Below, piece by piece: positions 58,569 to 64,000 of a stretch of 64,000 bases of DNA. Location of the stretch: the NCBI GenBank assembly GCA_038231275.1, contig JBBRLQ010000016.1, positions 128,001 through 192,000 on the forward strand. The letters are read 5' to 3'. The notes beneath the pieces were generated by a model. That model did not search any database. It was not told the origin of the DNA and worked only from the letters and a program-made list of their open reading frames with translations. The position numbers and the translations under genes are program-made. This stretch comes from Polyangiales bacterium. Its GTDB lineage: Bacteria > Myxococcota_A > Polyangia > Polyangiales > Polyangiaceae. Within the stretch, counting starts at the first letter, position 1. Each line of letters starts with the position of its first letter.

Positions 58569-59351
58569 TCAGAACGGCGGCACGCGCACGATGTCCGACT
58601 TCTGCGAGCGGACGGTGCGCGGCGGCACGACGCGCGGAGGAGCCATGCGCGTAGAAACGAAGCGCGGGGGCGGCGAACGGAATCGCGCGGCGGCCATCGT
58701 CATCGGGCGCTTCGGCGCCGTCGTCGCGATCGGATCGACCACCTCGAGCGTCGGCCGCAGCGCCTTCGTGAGCACCGACGCGCTCGCCATGCGCGACCAG
58801 ATCGTGGTGTGCTCGGAGCACTGCTCGGATTGAACGACGAGCGCGACGAGTAGAAGAACGATCCCGACAGAGAGCAGCCCGGTCGCGACCATCCAGTGCG
58901 CCGGTCCGCGCCCACGCAGGAGCGACCTCACGACGCCCGCCGGCGACGCGAACGAGCTGGGTCGCTCCTCGCGCGCGTCGTGTCCCTCTTCGAGGAGCAG
59001 CGTCTTGCGCGGCGGCGGCAGGGGGGGCAGCGATGGCAGCGGTGGCAGCGATGGCAGCGGTGGAGGCTCGACGACCGAGCAGAGATCGTCACCGTCCAGG
59101 TACACCGGCGTCGGCTCCGCCGGGCGCGGCTCCGACGAAACGAGCACGACGCCGCTCGCCGCCGACGCCGGCACCGAATCGGGCGACTCCTCCTCGCGAG
59201 CGATCGAGTCGGCGAGCAGCTGCGCGAACTCGGCGGTCCTCACGGTGGGCTCGCTGTCCTCGTCTTCGGGAACTCCCAGCGTCCGAACCCGCCAGGCCAT
59301 CGCCGGCGTCGCCAGCGGGCCGCTCGCAGTATCCGTGGACGCGGAAGCCAT
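58569..59351 (-). CDS. Hypothetical single-pass membrane protein, acidic/Pro-rich
   Basis: EDEDSEPT, (PPLPSL) repeats, one TM helix, C-terminal IVRVPPF; start uncertain. Confidence 0.55.
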   Translation of the reverse strand: MASASTDTASGPLATPAMAWRVRTLGVPEDEDSEPTVRTAEFAQLLADSIAREEESPDSVPASAASGVVLVSSEPRPAEPTPVYLDGDDLCSVVEPPPLPSLPPLPSLPPLPPPRKTLLLEEGHDAREERPSSFASPAGVVRSLLRGRGPAHWMVATGLLSVGIVLLLVALVVQSEQCSEHTTIWSRMASASVLTKALRPTLEVVDPIATTAPKRPMTMAAARFRSPPPRFVSTRMAPPRVVPPRTVRSQKSDIVRVPPF

Positions 59352-59520
59352 ATCCCACGGTGATGCAATCCTCGTGCGCAGTTGTAACCCCGCGAGAAAA
59401 CGCATCGGTCCGGAGAAGAACCGACGTCTCGCAGTCCTCTCTATGGACTCGGCCTCCACGGCAACACGGGCGTCCGGGTGCGAGAGCGTGCGGCAACTGG
59501 TCACGTGCCCATCGCCGCGC

Positions 59521-59979
59521 TCAAGGGTGCTTCGTGCCCGCCTTCAGCATCACGAGCGTCTTGGCGATCCGGCGTGCCTGCGTCTCCGGTTTCTTCGCGC
59601 CGTCCACCCACGCTGCGTATTCCTTGCGGTGCGTGTACGCGAGCGCGTCGAAGATGCGCTTGGCCGCGCGGTCCTTCGTGAGCGCACGCGCCAGCGCCGG
59701 CGGCACCGTGACCTCGCGCTCGGCCGTGTCGAGCTCGAGCTTCACCTGGATGCGGTCGCCGATCTCGATGACGGCGGCGGCGCGTATCTCCTCGCGGAAG
59801 CCGACGTAGGAGCGACCGCCGTACACCGCGACGGTCGTGCGTAGCTCCACGCCGTTGACCGTGGCCTTCACCTTGGGCCGCGCCGAGCCGAACGCTTTGC
59901 GGACGTCGAACGGGATCTCGACGACCGGTCGCTCGCCCGCCTCGCCCCCCAGGATCGCCTTGAAGGTCTTCGTCGTCAT
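59521..59979 (-). CDS. DUF1905 plus YdeI/OmpD-associated domain protein
   Basis: VEIPFDV..FG..RPKVKATVNG; VPPALARAL...FDALAYTHRKEYAAWV..AKKPETQARRI. Confidence 0.9.
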   Translation of the reverse strand: MTTKTFKAILGGEAGERPVVEIPFDVRKAFGSARPKVKATVNGVELRTTVAVYGGRSYVGFREEIRAAAVIEIGDRIQVKLELDTAEREVTVPPALARALTKDRAAKRIFDALAYTHRKEYAAWVDGAKKPETQARRIAKTLVMLKAGTKHP

Positions 59980-59991
59980 CGTCTGGAGCTC

Positions 59992-60061
59992 AAGGCCTGA
60001 CCGGAAGAGCCGGTCAGGCCTTTCCGCCAGGAGCGTTTCGCTCCGCTGCGCTTCGCTGCAC
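59992..60061 (-). repeat. Dispersed double-hairpin (REP-like) element, copy 2
   Basis: AAGGCCTGACCGG-AAGAG-CCGGTCAGGCCTT perfect stem and GGAGCG-TTT-CGCTCC; matches 13511-13581. Confidence 0.8.
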
Positions 60062-62113
60062 TCAAAGCGCGCACGACGCGCCGACGCTGCAGCAGTACGC
60101 GCCGCAATTGAGCGTGCACTTCGCGTCGTCGGCCGTGTAGTAGCCGAACGCCACGGACCGCTCGTGCGCCGGGAGCTTGCCGACCCGCGGGCTCGCGTCC
60201 GGTCCGACCCACGGCCACGTCGTGCCCGCAGGCCACCAGGCGGGCCGCGTCGCGCGGTAGAGAGACGACGGGAGTGTCTGCGTCGACGCCGGGAGGTTCG
60301 TCGTGAGGGGCGACGCGTTCCACATCGTCTTCTGGTTCACGGTGTCGAAGTTCCCCGTCAGCCAGAGCGTCGTCCACGCCACCTTCGTCTGATCCAGCAG
60401 GAAAATCGATGGACCGCCGCCGCCGATGTACGTCTTCGACGTCGCAGGGGCCCCAGCGCCCGTCCCCGTCGTGCCGAGATCGGCGGGCAGGAGCAGCGCC
60501 GCGTTCGCGGTGCTGCCGAGCACGTTGCCGATGACGGTGAACTTCGTGTCGGCGGCGTCGATCTGCAATGTCCCGACGTTCGAGTACTGCGGCGTGAACG
60601 GCTGACTCCACACGATCGCGCTCGTCGCCTGGCCCGGGATGCTCGGCGACCACTGGCTGGACGCGTAGTTCCGGAAGAACGTGAGATAACCCGCGTTGCC
60701 GTGCGTCGCCGACGCCGCGAGGTGCGGCGCCCAGTTGCCCTCCATGAGCTCCATGTGCGGGAACGCGCAGTGGCAGTCGATCGACGCCTCCTGGAAGCCG
60801 TCGTCGTTGTTGCCGTTGCACGCCCACGAGTTGTCCGCGTAGTTGTAGCCAGCGACGTTGCCGCCGCCCGAGTTGTTGAACACGATCGGCTTGTTCATGA
60901 AGCGCGCGATGTTGTTCTCGATGAGGTTGTCCGCAGCGCCGCACGCCACGACGATGCCGTAGTTGTCCTGCGCGAAGCCGTAGCTCGACGAGTTGTGCAC
61001 GTGGCTGTCGCGGATCACGCAGCGGTAGGTGCCGACGAGGCGCATCGGCATTCCCGAGGTCGTCCCGTCGACCTGGACGTCCTTCACCCAGCTGTACGCT
61101 GCGTTCGACACCTCGACGCCGCCCGCGTTTTGTCCGGGGTAGCCGCCCGGCTTTCCGCCTTGCACGCGCAGGTGCTCGACGCCTGCCCACTTCGTCACCG
61201 AGCCGCCGGCCTTGGAGATCTGCGCTTGCTGAGCGGTCGCGAACGTCCAGTGCAGTGGCGTCGTCAAGGTGAGCGTGGTGCCGGTGACCTTCGCGATCTC
61301 GACGCGCTCGCTCGTGCCGTGGCCCGCGGTCCGCTTGAACGCGCCGCCGCAGTCGCCGTCGTCGACGTCGCCGATGTTCGTTTGATCGACCAGCGCGAGA
61401 TCGCCGGCCGCGAAGCCGGCGGCGCTCGCCACCTCGATCGTGGCGGTCTCTTTGAGCGCATCCTTGGTGAGGAGCGGCTGCGAGGCGGAGACGAAGGCGC
61501 TGTTGTAACAGACGGTGTCTTGCTCGGTGCCGATCGAAACGACCGACCCGCCCGCGGTCGCGACCAGCGTGGTCGTGCTCGCCCCCTCCGAGCCCGCACC
61601 GCGCAGAACGACGCCGCTCGGCACGTTGATCGTGGCCCCGACGCTGTACGTCCCCGCCGCCAGCATGACGACTTGGTTCTTTCCCTTGCAGCCGTCGAGC
61701 GCGCTCTGGATGGCCGTCGCCGCGTTGCCTGCTTGCACCGGCACGGTCGCGCAGATCGTCGCGCGGACAGGGAGTCCGTCGACGCCGAGAGGGCTTCCCG
61801 TCGGCGTGTCCGCGAGGATCCCGGGGTTCCACGTCGTGGTGAAATCGGGATTGAGAAGGCCGGGCGGCGGCGCGTTGCACGGACCGCCGTCGCATGTCGC
61901 GGGCCCCCCATCGGCCACTGGTCCGCCGTCCGATCCGGGTCCGCCGTCCGATCCGGGCCCGCCGTCGGTGACGGTCCCGTCGGCCTGCGGTCCTCCGTCG
62001 CCGCTGGGGGCCGACGACGCGTCATCCCCACCGCACGCGCCCCCGCCGAGCGACGCGACGAGCGCGAACGCGACGCCAAGCCCGATCCCTGAACGCGAAA
62101 GGTCAGACTTCAT
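60062..62113 (-). CDS. Lipoprotein with right-handed beta-helix (pectate-lyase-like) domain
   Basis: Lipobox GGAC, DGGPGS repeats, TAIQSALD.C...LAAGTY...SGVVLRGAG, Asn ladders DNLIENNI, GNVAGYNY. Confidence 0.85.
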   Translation of the reverse strand: MKSDLSRSGIGLGVAFALVASLGGGACGGDDASSAPSGDGGPQADGTVTDGGPGSDGGPGSDGGPVADGGPATCDGGPCNAPPPGLLNPDFTTTWNPGILADTPTGSPLGVDGLPVRATICATVPVQAGNAATAIQSALDGCKGKNQVVMLAAGTYSVGATINVPSGVVLRGAGSEGASTTTLVATAGGSVVSIGTEQDTVCYNSAFVSASQPLLTKDALKETATIEVASAAGFAAGDLALVDQTNIGDVDDGDCGGAFKRTAGHGTSERVEIAKVTGTTLTLTTPLHWTFATAQQAQISKAGGSVTKWAGVEHLRVQGGKPGGYPGQNAGGVEVSNAAYSWVKDVQVDGTTSGMPMRLVGTYRCVIRDSHVHNSSSYGFAQDNYGIVVACGAADNLIENNIARFMNKPIVFNNSGGGNVAGYNYADNSWACNGNNDDGFQEASIDCHCAFPHMELMEGNWAPHLAASATHGNAGYLTFFRNYASSQWSPSIPGQATSAIVWSQPFTPQYSNVGTLQIDAADTKFTVIGNVLGSTANAALLLPADLGTTGTGAGAPATSKTYIGGGGPSIFLLDQTKVAWTTLWLTGNFDTVNQKTMWNASPLTTNLPASTQTLPSSLYRATRPAWWPAGTTWPWVGPDASPRVGKLPAHERSVAFGYYTADDAKCTLNCGAYCCSVGASCAL

Positions 62114-62197
62114 GACGGTGCTCCCGGGTTTGCGCCCGCCTTTCGACAGCCGGCGCGAGGTGCAGGCATGCTCGCATGCGGATGAGGTCTGGTCACC

Positions 62198-63340
62198 TCA
62201 CCGGGTCATCGCCGGGAGGATATATTCGGTGAGGAGGCGATCGCTCTGCTCGTGCATCCCCTTGGTGTTGAAGTTGGTGCTGGTGATGACGACCACGAGC
62301 CCCATGGCCGGGAACACCACGGCCTTGTTCCCGCCGTTGCCGGTCATGTAGAACGCGGCAGTCTTCGGATCGGTCTTGACGAAGGTCTGAAGCCAGAAGA
62401 AGTACCCATACTCTTTCTCGTCGTCGATCTGCGCGTGCGGCGACGTCGACGCTTTGACCCACGCCTCGGGGACCACGCGCACGCCGTTCCATGTGCCGCC
62501 GTTCAAGTAGAGCTGCGCAAGCTTCAAGAGATCACGGCTACGTAGGCGCAGCCCGCCGCCGGTCTGCGCGGTCCCCATCGGCGTGGACGGCCACTCGACG
62601 CTCTCGATCCCGAGTGGCCCGAAGAGGCTCGCCTTCGCGAAGTCTTGGACGGACGTCTTCGTCGCGCGCTCGAGTAGCGCGCCGAGTAGCGAGGCGCCGG
62701 CGGTGCAGTAGCTGAACGCGCGGCCGTGAGGTGAGTCCTTTGGCCTTTTCTGCCACGGCGCGAAGCCCTTGATGGGGAGGCCGAGCGTGAAACGCGTCCA
62801 GTCCTCGGTGACGTACATCCGCTCCTCGTTGCCTTGCGAGAACTGGTTCCAGTCGTCGCACTCCAGGAGCGAGCTCATCGTGAGGAGGTCCTCGACGGTG
62901 ATGGCGTCCTTGCGCGGATCGGGGTTCGCGAAGGGGCGCTTGTCGCCGAAGTAGCTCGTGACCTTGGCGCCGACACCCGGGACCTTGCCCTTGTCGATGG
63001 CGATGCCGACGAGCACCGACGTGATGCTCTTGGACGCCGAGCGCGTGTCGCGGAGCGTCGTGGCGTCGCCCTCGTAGTACTTTTCGAAGGCGAGCTCGCC
63101 GCCGCGCGAGACGAGGACGCTGCCGACCTTCTTGAAGGTGCCGGCGCGTATCGCGGTGTCCATCGCGTCGAGGCGCGAGAGCGCGCCTGCGTCAGCCGCG
63201 GTGGCGGCGGCGTTGACGGTCGCCGGAAGCGACGGGGCCAACGGAGCGGCGGATGCGGCCTGGACGGGCGCGGTCGGCGGCGGCGCGGCGGGAGAGCACG
63301 CGAGGAGCGCAGCGAACGCGACGAGGAGGGAGCGGTTCAC
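62198..63340 (-). CDS. Serine hydrolase, beta-lactamase-related (NylB/AmpC-like) lipoprotein
   Basis: RSASKS (SxxK), LLTMSS, FSYCT, LFGPLGI, YGYFFW, TGNGG. Confidence 0.92.
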   Translation of the reverse strand: MNRSLLVAFAALLACSPAAPPPTAPVQAASAAPLAPSLPATVNAAATAADAGALSRLDAMDTAIRAGTFKKVGSVLVSRGGELAFEKYYEGDATTLRDTRSASKSITSVLVGIAIDKGKVPGVGAKVTSYFGDKRPFANPDPRKDAITVEDLLTMSSLLECDDWNQFSQGNEERMYVTEDWTRFTLGLPIKGFAPWQKRPKDSPHGRAFSYCTAGASLLGALLERATKTSVQDFAKASLFGPLGIESVEWPSTPMGTAQTGGGLRLRSRDLLKLAQLYLNGGTWNGVRVVPEAWVKASTSPHAQIDDEKEYGYFFWLQTFVKTDPKTAAFYMTGNGGNKAVVFPAMGLVVVITSTNFNTKGMHEQSDRLLTEYILPAMTR

Positions 63341-63341
63341 G

Positions 63342-63743
63342 CTAGAACCACATGTCCGCGACGCAGCGGCCGTCGCGTGGCAAGTCTTCGAACGCGTCGA
63401 GGCCGTCGAAGTGGTCGATCGGCAGGCGAGCGACGGACGCAGGCTCCGCGAGGCGTACGTTGACGGCGATGCGGCGGCGTCCGTTCGCGTCGACCTCGAG
63501 GCCGCGCCAGCACGCGACGCAGCCGCAGCTCGCGCAAAAATGGATCTCGAGCGACGGCTTCGGCTTTCCCTTGCGCGTGTACACGGCCGTCGGGCCCGTG
63601 ACCTTGATCCGCTCGCCTTCGTAGTCGTAGATCCACAGCACGCCGTAGCGGCGGCAGAGCGTGCAGTTGCACGCCGTGGCCGAGTCGGGCATGCCGTCGA
63701 AGGTCCAGCGGAGCGCGTCGCAGTGGCAGGTGCCGGTGAGCAT
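63342..63743 (-). CDS. GFA (CENP-V/Mss4-like) family protein
   Basis: GTCHC, ACNCTLCRR, HFCASCGC, IAVNVRL. Confidence 0.92.
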   Translation of the reverse strand: MLTGTCHCDALRWTFDGMPDSATACNCTLCRRYGVLWIYDYEGERIKVTGPTAVYTRKGKPKPSLEIHFCASCGCVACWRGLEVDANGRRRIAVNVRLAEPASVARLPIDHFDGLDAFEDLPRDGRCVADMWF

Positions 63744-63888
63744 GCGACGAATGGTACTCCCGCTTTCGGCCGCGCGATCACGCCCGTCGACGCGACGCTT
63801 CCGACGAAGGCGCGCCGGGGATACGCTTGTACGGTTGGCTGCGGACAAGGAAATCGGGAGCGCGGAGACCCTCATCGCCGGCGAGGCT

Positions 63889-64000
63889 ATGTCCGTCGGA
63901 GCCGATGCCATCGATCGTTCACCGAGCCTCGTCGCCGGCCGGTACGAGGTGCTCGGCCTCCTCGGCGTGGGCGGCATGGGGCGCGTGTACCGCGCGCGCG
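63889..64000 (+). CDS. Ser/Thr protein kinase, N-terminal start (truncated by window)
   Basis: VAGRYEVLGLLGVGGMGRVYRAR is Hanks kinase subdomain I. Confidence 0.85.
   Translation, partial: MSVGADAIDRSPSLVAGRYEVLGLLGVGGMGRVYRAR

Overview
High-GC (visibly GC3-biased) chromosomal segment that looks myxobacterial, most like Polyangiales (Sorangium/Labilithrix-type): many Cys-rich and Asp-Gly-rich lipoproteins, a TPR/PEGA protein, a TonB_C-fused receptor, ECF sigma factors and a Ser/Thr kinase. About 65 CDSs are supported; I found no rRNA, tRNA, CRISPR array, transposase or prophage. Recognisable genes include nudC, asd, a CzcCBA-type RND efflux operon, a TonB-dependent receptor divergent from a NiCoT/UreH-type permease, a WcaJ/EpsZ-like priming phosphotransferase, a MASE1-PAS hybrid kinase, a type IB topoisomerase, GST and several peptidases. 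The most interesting signal is two paralogous four-gene modules (7406-10454 and 51616-54872): putative outer-membrane beta-barrel with Pro-Thr linker, ECF sigma, membrane anti-sigma with periplasmic TPR-like domain, and Cys-rich lipoprotein. These suggest a TonB-independent trans-envelope signalling system. Other signals: a ~70-bp double-hairpin dispersed repeat abutting stop codons, a collagen fibre gene with a compositionally distinct tip, a scar of two back-to-back 3' gene fragments, triple palindromic operators upstream of a P460-fold cytochrome/TetR pair, a receiver lacking its phosphoacceptor Asp, several sigma54-type promoters, and two probable frameshifts. All family calls come from motif recognition by eye, not database searches, and several start codons are my best estimate.
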